A stretch of DNA of 64,000 nucleotides. It comes from Octopus sinensis. Its lineage: Eukaryota. The notes under the pieces were generated by a model, which worked only from the letters and a program-made list of their open reading frames with translations, ran no database searches and was not told the origin of the DNA. Below, piece after piece: positions 25,838 to 39,400 of this stretch (position 1 is its first letter; every line of letters begins with the position of its first letter). The stretch lies in assembly GCF_006345805.1 (NCBI RefSeq), contig NC_043001.1, positions 20,584,001 to 20,648,000 of the forward strand. Reading direction: 5' to 3'. The position numbers and the translations under genes were made by a program.

Positions 25838-27167
25838 GTAAGTATTACATCCTATGTAGACTTAAGTCATGTACAGAGAACAAAAACGAAATACTTGATC
25901 ACCTTATACCACCCATTATCCACCTCAATACTATCCAACCTCCGCAGTTGTCACCTGCTGCTAGTTTGTAGGAACAACTAAAAAAAATACTCAATCTGGT
26001 GAGGAATGAGTATCCTTTAAAGAATAACAGAGTTATATGTGAGCTACTTCAAGTTTCATGCTCTGATAGTGCTGTAATTGGATGGACTTGTATAGCATAT
26101 TGTGCATGACTCAGCAATCATTCACACTCAAATGGCATGGCTTCTCTGCGAAGAAATGTGAGAAAGTTTGTTCGAACCTTTTTTTCTAGCATTTCCTGAT
26201 AGAGTAACCATGCATTTGAGCCTGAACAATTGATGGATCTTGTGTAATATACTATATAAGCCCATATGATTACTACACTATCTGAGCATGAAACTTGAAG
26301 TGGCTCAGTTATAACTCCTCCTCCTCATCATCATCATCGTTTAACGTCCGCTTTCCATGCTAGCATGGGTTGGACGATTTTGACTGAGGGCTGGCGAACC
26401 AGATGGCTGCACCAGGCTCCAATCTTGATTTGGCAGAGTTTCTACAGCAGGATGCCCTTCCTAATGCCAACCACTCCAAGAGTGTAGTGGGTGCTTTTTA
26501 CGTGCCACTGGCACAAGTACCCGATCCTCTGAGCTATTTTCACAGTTATTCTCCTGCGTCTGAGATTTCCTTCATTCCTAAAGTACCAACTCACTCAGCT
26601 CTTCAATGTTAGTATATAAAAATGTTTCCATATTCCAAAAGTTATTATTTAACATTATAAAAGATAAAATCTGTTGTCAGGGGTCATTTAGCTCAGTGGT
26701 TTAAAGCATTTAGCCAGAAGTACAAAGTTTGATTCTCTGTAGTGGCTTGCAGGCTACTTTTTTCCATCTCTAAGGGTATTTTACATCCTATGAGCTGTTT
26801 TCACAGCTATTCTTCTGCATATGAGATTTCCTTCATTTCTAAAATGTGTGTGTGTATTGGAGACCCCCTTCGGTCATGAATGAACATGGGATTACACCTA
26901 GAAAGTTACCCTCCCAGGCACAAGTCTGCATACCAGCCTCTCCTCTCCACATCACCAGTGTTATCCAAGGGAAAGGCAAAGGCTGATACTGATTGGCACC
27001 TGTGATGTCGCAACTCATTTCTACAGCTGAGTGAACTGGAGCAATGTGAAATAAAGTGTCTTGCTCAAGAACACAACACGCAGCCCAGTGCAGGATTCAA
27101 ACTCACAACCTCGTGGACGTAAGTTCAATGCTCTAACCACTGAGCCATGCACCTTCACACATGTGTA

Positions 27168-27198
<31 letters not shown>

Positions 27199-27259
27199 GT
27201 ATATGTATATCATCATCATCGTTTAACGTCCGCCTTCCATGCTAGCATGGGTTGGACAG

Positions 27260-27304
<45 letters not shown>

Positions 27305-28037
27305 TTTTAAAAATTGAAGAGGCAAACTCAGAAACAAAGTTTAAGTCAATCAGCAAATTTCTAGACATGAAGTTTTTAAAATATTTTTTTAAATACTTAT
27401 ACTTTAAGGCATATTAATACACATCAATACAAAACTATATATAAAAGCATAACATATAAATATATAGATAAGAATATAAATTAAAAGAATGTAAAAATAT
27501 GCAAGATATAAATATGGTGAGTGCAAACGAAAGAGAACAGAAATAGAAAAGAGATTGAAAATAAAATGATAAACTACCGATTATTACATTATTTACATTT
27601 GATGGATATTTGTCCTCATTTTGTTTGTTGTTAACACAATGTTTCGACTGATATACCCTCCAGCCTTCATAGCTGGAGGGTATGCCAGCCGAAATGTTTT
27701 GTTAACAACAAACAAGATTAGGAGAAATATCCGTCAAATGTAAACAATGTACATAACTCCTCATCTCTCAAATATAGAACTACCTATTATTAATTATCAT
27801 TTTATTTTCAATCTCTTTTCTGTTTCTCTTCCATTTGCACTCACCATATTTATATCTTGCATATCTTTATGTTCTTTTAATTTATATTTTTATTTACGTT
27901 ATGCTTTTATATATATAGATTTGTATTAGAACAGAATTTTGTCAGTGAACAGGTCGTGGTCTCAAAGCGACGAAAATATTTTGGCAAATTAAATTTAAAT
28001 GTTGAAGTGAATCTAACGGTTTTTGTGTGTTTCTTAA

Positions 28038-28259
28038 CCCTTTAGTGTTTAAACCGGCTATATCCGGCCCAAATATTCTGCTCATTTTATGCTCAAACTG
28101 GCCAGAACCAGTATCTCAAACTTACCCTGCAATGTAATTCTAAAAATAAACAATTACATCTTTCAAATCTTGAAGCTACAAGATGATACCAGATTTATTT
28201 TTTTTTTAATGTAAATGAATAAGGATTACTTATGACATATTAATTTGAACGCTAAAGGG
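28038..28259. mobile_element. piggyBac-type MITE (222 bp)
   Basis: TTAA|CCCTTTAG...CTAAAGGG|TTAA. Related elements at 53383-53603 (complete), 44270-46418 (split by insertions) and from 40333 (5' part only). Confidence 0.85.
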
Positions 28260-28559
28260 TTAAATGGCTTATAAACACCTTCCATGCTGCATTTGTATTA
28301 ATATGTATTAATGTATAAGTATTTTTTTAAATATTTAAAAAATATTACATCTATGTCTTTCCCATTTGGAAAATTTGCTGGTTGACCTGAATTTTGTTCA
28401 TGAGTCTATCTCTTCAGTTAGCGTTCGTCTTGGACTCATTCTCGGCACTTCTCAGTTACAGCCCATATATCTTGAAAGAAAGGTTTGATAGTCTATATAT
28501 TTCGTTTTTGGATTTGGTTTGCAAGATTCTTTATGTGAGTTCATGTGTTGAAGCATATT

Positions 28560-28689
28560 CTGTTGTGTTTGGGGAGAGTCATTTTCATTTTGTGCCTTAT
28601 AATTTAACACACTCACCAGTAAAATTTTACCGGTGAGTGTGTTAAATTATAAGGCACAAAAAGAAAATGACTCTCCCCAGACACAACAG
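28560..28689. repeat. 130-bp spacerless palindrome
   Basis: 65-bp arms centred on aaaa|tttt (28624/28625), three mismatches. Confidence 0.92.
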
Positions 28690-28704
28690 TATATATATAT
28701 ATGC

Positions 28705-28904
28705 CAGTGCTTTTCAAACTTTTTGCTGGAGCGGAACCCCAAGGAAACATACCACTGGTTCGAGGAACCCCTGTGCAGTAATTTAATAGTTTTATGTTCA
28801 CATTCTGCACAGGAGAATTAAAAATTACTGCCGATTTTAGCAGTTTTGTAACTTCTTGCGGAACCCCTGGACTGTACTGGCGGAACCCCGGTTGAAAACC
28901 ACTG
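28705..28904. mobile_element. hAT-type MITE (200 bp)
   Basis: TIRs CAGTGCTTTTCAA / TTGAAAACCACTG. Internal GGAACCCC repeats. The 8-bp flanks atatatgc/atatacac match 6 of 8. Confidence 0.75.
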
Positions 28905-29089
28905 ATATACACACACACACGTGTATATATATATCTGTGTGTATGTGTGTGTGTATGTATATATGTATGTGTGTGTATGTATATATATATGTGTATATGT
29001 ATGTATATATAAAACACTCTTTCAAAAATTATAACATGCTTCAAGCAATTTTTTTAAGTGTTTTTAATATTGTTTTTATATTTTTTTAG

Positions 29090-29205
29090 GCACCCAAAGA
29101 TGAACAACAGAGTATGCGTTCACCAGTACAAGAATGTACTCCTTCATTTTCATCAACCACAAATTCACTGGAACTCATCAATGATAATAAATTACTTCAT
29201 AATGA
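29090..29205 (+). CDS. IKBKB/CHUK-like: IKK-like exon E11 (Ser/Pro-rich linker)
   Basis: tttttag / gtaagt; 116 bp, phase 0-2: APKDEQQSMRSPVQECTPSFSSTTNSLELINDNKLLHN. Same position as the Ser-rich linker and EELVAEAHNL of IKKbeta. Confidence 0.82.
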
Positions 29206-32200
29206 GTAAGTTGTTCTTTTTTAATCTATTTTTAATTTCATGTTGTACTTGTTACTAGAGATGTCTTATAGTCTTATAATTATTTCTGAGTAAATAGCAA
29301 AGTAACAGAATTGGTAATGCACCAAAATGGGTTTTAGCATTTAGTTTCTTTACATGATGGTGATGACATTCATCATCACCATCATTTAGAATCTGCTTTA
29401 CCAATCTTAAATGGGTGGCATACAATTTGTTGAGGCAGGTTTTTTACAGCTGGATGTCCTTCCTGTCATCAATCCTCACTTGTTTCCATGGTAATGTTTC
29501 CCCATGGCCAGACATGTTTTTCACTGAAGACTGGAAACGAACAACCTCAGTTGAATGGCAACAATCCTTGTTTACAACCATCATCATCATCATCATCATC
29601 GTCATTTAGTGTCTCTTTTCCATGCTGGCATGGGTTGGACAGTTTGACAAGAGCTGGCTGAGCAGAAGACTGCACCAAGCTTCTGTGTCTGTTTTGGCAT
29701 AGTTTTTATGGCTGGATGCCCTTCCTAACACTGACCACTCTGCAGAATGGACTGAGTGCTTTTTAAGCGGCACCAGCACAGACGAGGTCAGTTTTGGCAG
29801 GATTTTTACAGCTGGATGCCCTTCAATGTGGACCATCATCTGGTATTCAGACAGGGGCACACTCACACATCTATGGAAGATTTTTTTCAGTTTTCGTATG
29901 TTGAATCTGGTTAGAAGGCTTTGATCAGCCCAGGTCTCTAGCTAAAGACATTTGCCCAAGGTGTCACACAGTAAGACTTAAACTGAGACTACATGGTTGT
30001 AAAGCAATCTTCTTAACCATACAGCCACACCTAAGCTCATTTGACCACATTCTGTGGTAAAATCCTTATGGGGTTGATATAAATATCAATCAAGTATTAA
30101 TTTAATCAATTAACCCTCAGTCTAAATTTATGACCTCGTGCTTACTTCAGAAATCATTTTGCCTATTGTGGATTCAAATCCAAGATGTTGAAAACTTTTA
30201 CTGATATTATTTACCCCTACAACTATTACCGTCCTTTACACATTTCTTTTTGTTTATACTTTTCTTCACTCTTGATCCACAGTTTGCATTTCCCTTGTGC
30301 TCACCTTGAGAGTATGCCCTAGGATCCTGTCACCATCATCTTTATCTCTCTTCTGGCTACTCTCACCCACCTTCATATAATGCTGTGTAGCCATGTATCT
30401 TCTCTATGAGAAGGCACCTGTGCTCATCCTTCTCTCATACTTTAGCTTTCAACACCTGGCATTAAGCCACCTCTCCTTCTCTCAAATACATTGATTCAAT
30501 TGAAGAGGTGTTTTTCCTCTTCCTTTTCTTTCTTTGTCTTGCAAGTTGACTTTTCTAGTACCAGTGTTACACAAAAAAAGCAACCAGTACACACTGTAAA
30601 ATGGTTGGTACTAAGAAGGGCATCAAGCAGTAGAAACCATACCAAAGCTAACACTGGAGCCTGCCCTGTCTAACTGTCCAATCCATGCCAGTATGGAAAA
30701 GGCATGTATGATGATGACAATGATGGCGATAATGATGAAAAAGAAGAATCAATGCCCTTAACATCTATAAGTTGAAAAATTTGGATATAAGAAGGGAATT
30801 CCAGAAAACTGATGCTCTAGGGGAGGAAGCTATTGGGCAAGTGATAAATGCAGGCCTTCAGGTATGTGACATAGTGTGGGTGATGACAGGAGATGGGATG
30901 GATGAGAGTGGTATGCAAGGCAGCAAGCTGGTAGAAATGTTAGCACACCGGGCGAAATGCTTAGTGGTATTTCGTCTGTTGCTATGTTCTGAGTTCAAAT
31001 TCTGCCGAGGTCGACTTTGCCTTTCATCCTTTCGGGGTCGATGTAATCGACTTAATCCGTTTGTCTGTCTTTGTTTGTCCTCTCTGTGTTTAGGCCCTTG
31101 TGAGTAGTAAAGAGATAGGTATACAGCCATTCAAACAAGCAGAGGTGGCTGTTGTATAGTGAGGAGACAATGCGGCCATGTGTTGGTGAAGAGTTTTTGC
31201 CAATCAATATGTATGTTGCAGCTGTACCATTGCAGTTGTAGCAGCATTATTCATCTCCATCATCATTTTGCATTCATTTTCCATACTGACATGGATTGGA
31301 TGGTTTGACAGGATCCAACAGGTCTGAGGGCTGTATCTTGCTCTAATGTCTCAATTTTGACATGGTTTTTACAGCTGAATGCCCTTCTTAAGACCAGTCT
31401 CATTACAGAGGGTACTGGGTGTATGTTTTTACATGGCAACGACATTATAGAGGTTGATCTGTCATCAACTGGACTAAAGATCCCTCTCAAGTCCTTCATT
31501 GTCACTGCTCAAATTGAATACCAACCACTCACAGAGTGTTCTGGTAGTTCACAAAAGAAAAGAGAACCTCATAATGAATGGAACAAATTTATTATTGTGA
31601 GAGGATAGCTGTGGAGAGAATAATAGTAGGAGCAATGTTGGGATGTAGTAATGGAAAAATCAAGGGAGAAGAGAAGGGGAAGAGTAATGTCAGACATTTG
31701 TGTGTAGGAGAGTGCGGGACAAAGTGCTAATGATAATTGGGTGGATTGAGTAGGTGGACCTAGTGATGATTGGTTCACTTATCATGCCTGCATGAGATGG
31801 ACAGTTTGTCAGGGTCCAAAACAGCTCTTGTGAAGATGCAGGATCTAGTAGCTTCGGTGTTGCACAGAGTTGTTAATTCATGGTTCTGATTCCTGGACCA
31901 GGTGGTACATTGAGTTCTTGACTAAAACTCTTCATTTCATGTTGCTTTAGTCCACTCAGCTGGAAATAAGTTCCAGTAATAACTAGGAAATTGACACTAT
32001 GACAGACTTGCATCCCATTCAGGATTTAGTTTCATCTCAGACTTACACCATGGAAATTTGAGTTAAACTCTGGCCTTAGGAGTCCAAGGACCCATGAGAG
32101 ACTTAAGACAGCTGTTATTGAAGGAACTCAGAAGAGAGTCAAAGGTGAAGTATTTTGTGGGCCTGAAGGCTTTGGAATACAGTTTTAACTATACTGTGGT

Positions 32201-32914
32201 TGTATGGTAAGAAGTTCACTTCCCAAAGGCAGTGAGCTGGCAGAATGGTTAGCACACCGGACGAAATGCTTAGCAGTATTTCATCTGCCGTTAGGTTCTG
32301 AGTTCAAATTCCACCGAGGTCGACTTTGCCTTTGTCCCCTCTGTGTGTAGCCCCTTGTGGGCAGTAAAGAAATAAGAAGTTTGCTTCCCAACCACATAGT
32401 TCCAAGTTCAGTGTGGCACCTTGGGCAAGAGTCTTCTTCTATAGCTTTGGGCCAACCAAGCCTTGTGAGTGGATCTGGTAGACAGAAACTTAAAGATGCC
32501 CATCATATGTATGTGTGTTTGTCAAATTTGGGGTCAAATTTGCCTTTCATCATCATCATCCTCATCATCATCCTCATTTAACGTCCTCCTTCCATACTGG
32601 CATGGATTAGACAGTTTGACAGAAACTGGCCAGGCAAAAGCCTGCACCATACTTCTGTGTCTGTCTTCACAGTTTTTATGGCTGGATGCCCTTCCTAACA
32701 CCAACCACGCCACAGTGGGTTGAGTGCTTTTTACATGGCACCAGCACAGACAAGATTAGTTTTGGCATGTGTGATTTCTGTAATCTACTGAATTCATTAA
32801 TTGTAAGTAACCGATCCTCTGAGCTATTTTCACAGTTGTTCTCCTATTTTCACAGTTGTTCTCTAGGAATTTGCTGATTGCTTTGTTTCTGAGTTTGCCT
32901 GTTCAATTATATAA

Positions 32915-32949
<35 letters not shown>

Positions 32950-33044
32950 TACACATGCTGGCCTTGTGCCAAAATTTGAAATGTTTAATGATTTCTCAAA
33001 CAATATCATAATTAATCATTAATTTTTTTTCCTTTTTTTTTTAG

Positions 33045-33099
33045 CTTTGAAATGTTGGTTGCTGATTTTCCTGATTTTCCTGATCTATCACTCAATTAA
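33045..33099 (+). CDS. IKBKB/CHUK-like: IKK-like probable terminal coding exon E12
   Basis: Long poly-T acceptor ending ttag; phase 2: (D)FEMLVADFPDFPDLSLN*. The 12 exons total 1170 bp (390 codons). Repeat-free sequence and an AATAAA follow. Confidence 0.65.
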
Positions 33100-33355
33100 A
33101 CAAAAACGAGCCGTGTTTCCACCAGGATTCAAACCATGATCACATCATTCATTGTACTTCTTGCATAGTCTGTATAAAAAAATACATCTGCCTAGCCAAT
33201 ATACAGCAAATTAATGTGTGTGAGAGGAATAATTTTTCCAGTATTTCTCTAATAATTTTCAAAACGATTGAGGTAGATACATTTTATCCCTCATTTCGCA
33301 AAGCTCAATCCACTTGGCTTATTTTTCGTACTATACTGTGCAATAGATTATTGAT

Positions 33356-33361
33356 AATAAA
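33356..33361 (+). promoter_or_regulatory. Candidate polyadenylation signal of the IKK-like gene
   Basis: AATAAA about 260 bp after the stop codon, in unique sequence. The DNA is AT-rich, so a chance match is possible. Confidence 0.35.
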
Positions 33362-34298
33362 TTGTCATATGCATAATGAACAGCGGGAGCGAAAATGATG
33401 ACTTGCATATCTCTTCTTAATGCATTCCGGTAGATTTGAACATGAATATGCTAATCACTGTGACAAAACACAGCTGTAACTAGTATATTCATTAAGAATA
33501 AATATGCAAGTCATTGAGATGATTACTCCTTTACTATTTTACTTGTTTCAGTCATTTGACTGTGGCCATGCTAGAGCACCGCCTTTAGTCGAGCAATTTG
33601 ACCCCAGGACTTATTCTTTGCAAGCCTAGTACTTATTCAATCGGTTTCTTTTGCCGAACCGCTAAGTTATGGGGACGTAAACACACTAGCATCGGTTGTC
33701 AAGCGATGCCGGGGGGACAAACATAGATGCACAAACATATACACACATATATATATATACATATATATATACAAATATACAATGGGCTTCTTTCAGTTTC
33801 CATCTACCAAATCCCCTCACAGGGCTTTGGTCGACCTGAGGCTAGCAGAAGACACTTGCCCAAGATACCACGCAGTGGGACTGAACCCAGAACTATGTGG
33901 TTGGTAAGCAAGCTACTTACCACACAGCCACTCCTGTCAATTAAATCTGAGACTTTGATAATCTCTTTTATCTGTCACTTGATTCAGTCATCTGAATGCA
34001 GCCATACTGGAGCACTGCCTTGAAAGATTTAGTTGAACAAATCAACCCAAGTTATTTATTCTGTCAGCCCCCTTTTGCCAAACGGCTAAGTTTCAGGGAT
34101 GTAAACACACCAACACTGGTTGTCAAGTAGTGGTGGGGGACAAACACAAATATACTTTCAGAAACATTTTTTGCATACTCTCTTTACTTGTTTCAGTCAT
34201 TTGACTGTGGCCATGCTGGAGCACTGCCTTTAGTTGAGCAAATCGACCCCAGGACTTATTCTTTGCGAGCCTAGTACTTATTCTATATATATATATAT

Positions 34299-34329
<31 letters not shown>

Positions 34330-35580
34330 TATACGACAGGCTTCTTTCAGTTTCCGTCTACCAAATCCACTCACAAGGCTTTGGTCGGCCCGAGGCTACA
34401 GTAGTAGACACTTGCCCAAGGTGCTACGCAGTGGGACTGAACCTGGAACCATGTGGTTGGTAAGCAAGCTACTTACCATATAGCTACTCCTATGCATGTC
34501 CAGAATTGCTGAAGCATGGAATAAACTACTCGCATCAGTTGTTAGCTGTCAGGACCTTACATCCTTCAAAACTTCCTGAAATCCACCAACAGTACACCTG
34601 ATGTCCCCTCTTCTTTTGTTTTAAACAACTCATTCACTATTCACCTCCTGTGCTTTATTCTATTTGCTACTCTTGCACTTTTGGCTACTTTTTCTAATGA
34701 GTTGTAGTGCACCTGAGCCCTGTATATAATAAGTTCACTATTATATTATCTGACACGCTCAACACATATTGTAGACCTACATCCACAGTTACCATCTCTT
34801 TTACTTGTTTCAATCATTTGACTGTGGCCATGCTGGAGCACTGCCTTTAGTTGAGCAAATCGACCCCAGGACTTATTCTTTGTAAGCCTAGTACTTATTC
34901 TATAGGTCTGTTTTGCTAAACCGCTAAGCTACAGGGACGTAGACACACCAGTTGTCAAGCAATGTTGGGGGGACAAACACAAACATATATATACACACAT
35001 ACATATATATATACATATATACGATGGGCTTCTTTCAGTTTCCGTCTACCAAATCCGCTCACAAGGCTTTGGTCGGCCCGAGGCTATAGTAGAAGACACT
35101 TGCCCAAGGTGCCATGCAGTGGGACTGAACCCGGAACCATGTGGTTGGTAAGCAAGCTGCTGCCACACAGCCACTCCTACGCCTATAATTATGAATAATT
35201 TCCTAATCTTATCAAGATGATTATATCTTGGAATGTCTTTGATCACACAGCCACTCCTGCGCCTATCTACCAAAATTCATTGGTCAGTCCAATGATGTAA
35301 TAGAAGACATTTGCCCAAAGTGTTGCATTGGCAGTGGGACTGAACCTGAAACCACGAAGTTGCAAAGCAAACTCCTTAATCACACATTCTTGCCTGTGCT
35401 GTGTATAAAGTTTTGGGGAATAATCTAAGATTACCAAAATATATGTGAAATGGGAGAAGGGACTAATTGGATCATCAAAACAAAATTAACTAGTTTTATT
35501 TTAAATCAAGTGTAAGACAATTTCTTCAGATGTGTGTGCTTTTGTAATATTTTGTAGTTTTATTTTTTACTAAGACTCCT

Positions 35581-36090
35581 TACATGGTCGCTCGATCTGC
35601 TAGAAATAGCAGCCAAATCTCCTTCACACTACACCCTGCCAGCTTTAAAAAAACAAATAGATGGGACGGTCGTAGCTCATATAGTGTTATTGTTTTGGTT
35701 TTTGTATAGAAAAGAGGCTATAGATTGGATTACTTGACCATACATGGCTACTCAATTAGCCAGAAATAGCAGCCAAATCTTCTTCAAACTGTATCCTATT
35801 ATTTTCAAAATAAAAATAGTAAAAATAGATGTGATGGTCATGGCCACCATGTTTTTTTATAGGGTAATTGGACTGACCATTTACATAGCCACTCGCTCTG
35901 CTAGAAATAGCAGCTAAATAGACTTCAAACTACACCTACCGTCTTTAAAAAACATAGATGGGGTGATTTCCATTAATAATATCTTTTTATATGGAAAAGA
36001 AATTACAGATTGGACTGACCACTGCATAGTCGCTTGATCTGCTAGACATAGCAGTCAAATCGCCTTCAAACCACACCCCAGCATTTTTAA
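35581..36090 (+). repeat. Degenerate tandem array of four 141-160-bp units
   Basis: Core ctgctagaaatagcagccaaatc...tcaaac; units start at 35581, 35741, 35882 and 36023. Confidence 0.8.
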
Positions 36091-36130
36091 CTCTTTACAT
36101 TCAGATTCTCTGTCAAATGTAAAGCTTATT

Positions 36131-36497
36131 TATTACCTCTGCCTTAGTGAAGGTGGAGGTATTGTTTTCAGTCATGTTTGTTTGTTTGTCTATGGACAAG
36201 ATATCTCAAGAACCGCTGGGTGGATTCCGATGAAACTTTCAGGAATGTCTGACCTCGTGACTGGCACAAACTGATTAGATTTTGGGATCAATCTAGTACC
36301 GGACAAGGATTCTGGATTATTTTTCCTGTTTTTTTACTTAATTTTTGAGAGTGGTCAGGTTCATTTTTGGTATTCTTGTTTGTGAGAGCAGTTGAGTTTA
36401 TTTCAGATATTCTCATTTTAATAATCATCTCTGGCTAATCGTTGAGAAGATGCTGGTGTTGTCTTGGCAGAAGTCTGTGCTCTCTGAGTACTCTTGT
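36131..36497 (+). mobile_element. Helentron/DINE-1 (HINE)-like non-autonomous element
   Basis: TATTACCTC(T/C)GCC start with a subterminal inverted ggcagaag/ggcggagg and a short 3' palindrome. Copies at 42758-43095(+) and 44446-45103(-). Confidence 0.65.
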
Positions 36498-39400
36498 TTC
36501 TTATTGATTTTAATTAACCATGCATTATCTCTTATCTTCAAGATGTCTTTGTTTATCTTTTTTTATCTTTTACTTGTTTCAGATTGTGGCCATGCCTTGA
36601 ATTTTTAGTCAAATGAATCAACCCCAGCACTTTTTTCTAAAAGCCTGGTGCTTATTCTATCAGTTTCTCTTGGCAAACTGCTAAGTTACGAGAACATAAA
36701 CACCAGTTGTCAAGTGATGGTGGGGAACAAACACAAATACACACGCACACATATATATGATAGGCTTCTTTCAGTTTTTGTCTACCAAATCCACTCACAA
36801 GGCCCTGCTCAGCCCAAGGCTATAGTAAAAGAAACACTTGCCCAAGGAGCCACACAGTGGGACTGAGCCCAGAACCATGTGGTTGGGAAGCAAGCTTCTT
36901 ACCACACAGCCACACCTACACTTATGTGCTTGTTTATTTTTGAAACTATGAGGGTGACCTGCTGTGCTTGAGGAGACCTATTGAGTCAAGTACATCAACA
37001 TCAAATAAAAATCAAATGGAAATTGTAGTTGTGATACCTGTGCCGGTGGCACGTAAAAAGCACCATCCGAACGTGGCCGATGCCAGCGCCGCCTTGACTG
37101 GCTTCCGTGCCGGTGGCACGTAAAAAGTACCAACCGATCGTGGACATTGCCAGCCTCCCCTGGCACATAAAAAGCACCCACTACACTCACGGAGTGGTTG
37201 GTGTTAGGAAGGGCATCCAGCTGTAGAAGCACTGCCAGATCAGATTAGAGCCTGGTGCAGCCTCCTGGCTTCCCAGACCCCAGTCGAACCTTCCAGCCCA
37301 TGCTAGTAATGATGATCATCATCATCATTGGATATATGTGAGAGGCTGGATCTGTCCAGGTTGAAAAAATTAGATGGGAAAGTCAGTTTGTAATATTTTC
37401 GGTCATTTGTATGCCTAGTAAAGGCCAACATAGAACTCAACAGCAACAACTGGATTTGGGGAACTAAAAATTTTTTTGATGTTTTTGTTTTTACTTCAAA
37501 GGCATGTGAAGTCACAGGATATTAGAAATATTTTCTGTCTGTTCCATATGAAAATATCTGAGTTGCGAAAATGGAATGGCGGTTAGCACATCCCTTCACA
37601 AGGACAGAAGAGATCAATCAATCTTTCTAACACATATGGGCATTGCTCTCTACTTTAGAACACCCTATTTTTTTTTCAAGGTAGTGCTCCAGCATGGCCA
37701 CAGTCAAATAACTGAAACAAGTAAAAGAATAAAAAGGACTGATCAGTTTAACTATTGAGATAACATCAGAATTTCTTCCCTCGCACCTCTGAACTTTGGA
37801 ATTCCTTTCCACAGTCTTGTTTTCCTCTCCAATATGACCTCCAGTCTTTTTTAAGTCTAATGTACATCATCACCTATTGACTTCTGTCAAATGTCCATTT
37901 TATTCTTGTAGCACTTACGTTTTCAGTGGTCTAAGGACCTTGTAACAAGTGAATGCTTTAAAAAAAATAGAAATAAAAGTTTCTATTATCTTATTTTGTG
38001 TCTGCCAGACAAAAGAAGTGAACATAAATAAGTAAAATTGTAATGTCCAAATATGCTTGATGCAGGTTCAAACTGGGGAACAAGCTACTCACTGTGTTTT
38101 ATCACGGAGAATATATCTCCCCCTCTGTAACAACTGAGTAGATATGCTTGCATTTGTTAGTATTTTATTTTATGAATGTTTGGGAGGTATAATAATAATA
38201 ATAATAATGAAATTATTGTATACAGTGCTCAGCTGCACCACAACTTGTCAAAGGTGCGTATAAAACATATGCAGTAATGTACAAATGTCTGAGAAGTGAA
38301 CAGTGTATGAGTCAGATACATGCCTGTGTGTGTATGGAGGGGAGAAAATCAGGTGTAGTGTTGGTGAATCTCAGGAAGCATGGAAGTTTTGAAGGAAGCA
38401 GTGCTCCGACAACTAACAACTGATGCCGGCAGTCTGTTCCATGCTTCAGCAACTCTTAGTGTGAAAAACGTTTCCGAAAGTCATGGGAGCTATGCTGTTT
38501 TCTGACTTTGTAAACATGTCCACGGGTGTTAGACAGGTGGAGTTTGAAAAGGTGCTCAGAGTTATTGTTTGTAAGATGGTTAATAATTTTATGGGTGTCT
38601 GCCAAGTCAGCTGCCAGATGTCGGAGTTTCAATGTATCCATGCCCAGGGAAATAAGGCGTTCAGAATATGGCAAATACCTGATGGAGTATTCTCTTGGTT
38701 GCACGTTGCTGAACGGCTTCCAGTTTCCAGAGGGAGAATCACTGGTTCATAGGTATTTAAAAACGGTGAGCATGATGACAAAGGAGTATTTGTGTATCTG
38801 TAGCATTTAGGTGGAACAAATGCTACAGAGTTTTATAGTTCAGAGGCACTAATTTCTTGTTTTTTCTCATTGGTGCTTACCTCATCTGTTGATATATATA
38901 TATTGGTGATCAATATCCGCACACATTAATGTAGCAATCTGGCTGAATCGTTGAGCATACTGGCTGAAATGCCAGAATATTCAGTGCTACATTATGCAAC
39001 ATGTCTTGTTGCTTTTTTTAGTATAGTAAGGTGTGGTTTGGGGGAGAATTTAGCTGCCATGTCTAACAGAATGAGAGACCACAAATAGGTATCCTTGTTA
39101 ACTTGACAGATGTCTTATCATAGAAGTTCTTTCCACCTCACCAAATAATCAAAACTTTCAAACGGTGATGACAATCTCGTATTACAAACTAATCTACCTT
39201 CAATTTCTTATCTGATGATTAATTTTTTTTTTAATCATTAATATTATATACTACATGAACCTATCATTTAATTTTTTTTTTTTTCCTCTGTAAATATCTC
39301 CTTTTGCTTTAATTATTCTCCTCCACAATTTATTTGGTTCATTTTCATTGCTTGCATTGTAGCAATATGTTCGTTCATTTCTCCTCATCTAGGACAATGC

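Noticed and set aside
27940-27990. gtcg/cgac hairpin + GAAAATATT resembling a hammerhead
   Set aside because: The 5' core reads gtgaaca, two changes from CUGANGA, and there is no convincing stem I; at best a dead relic.
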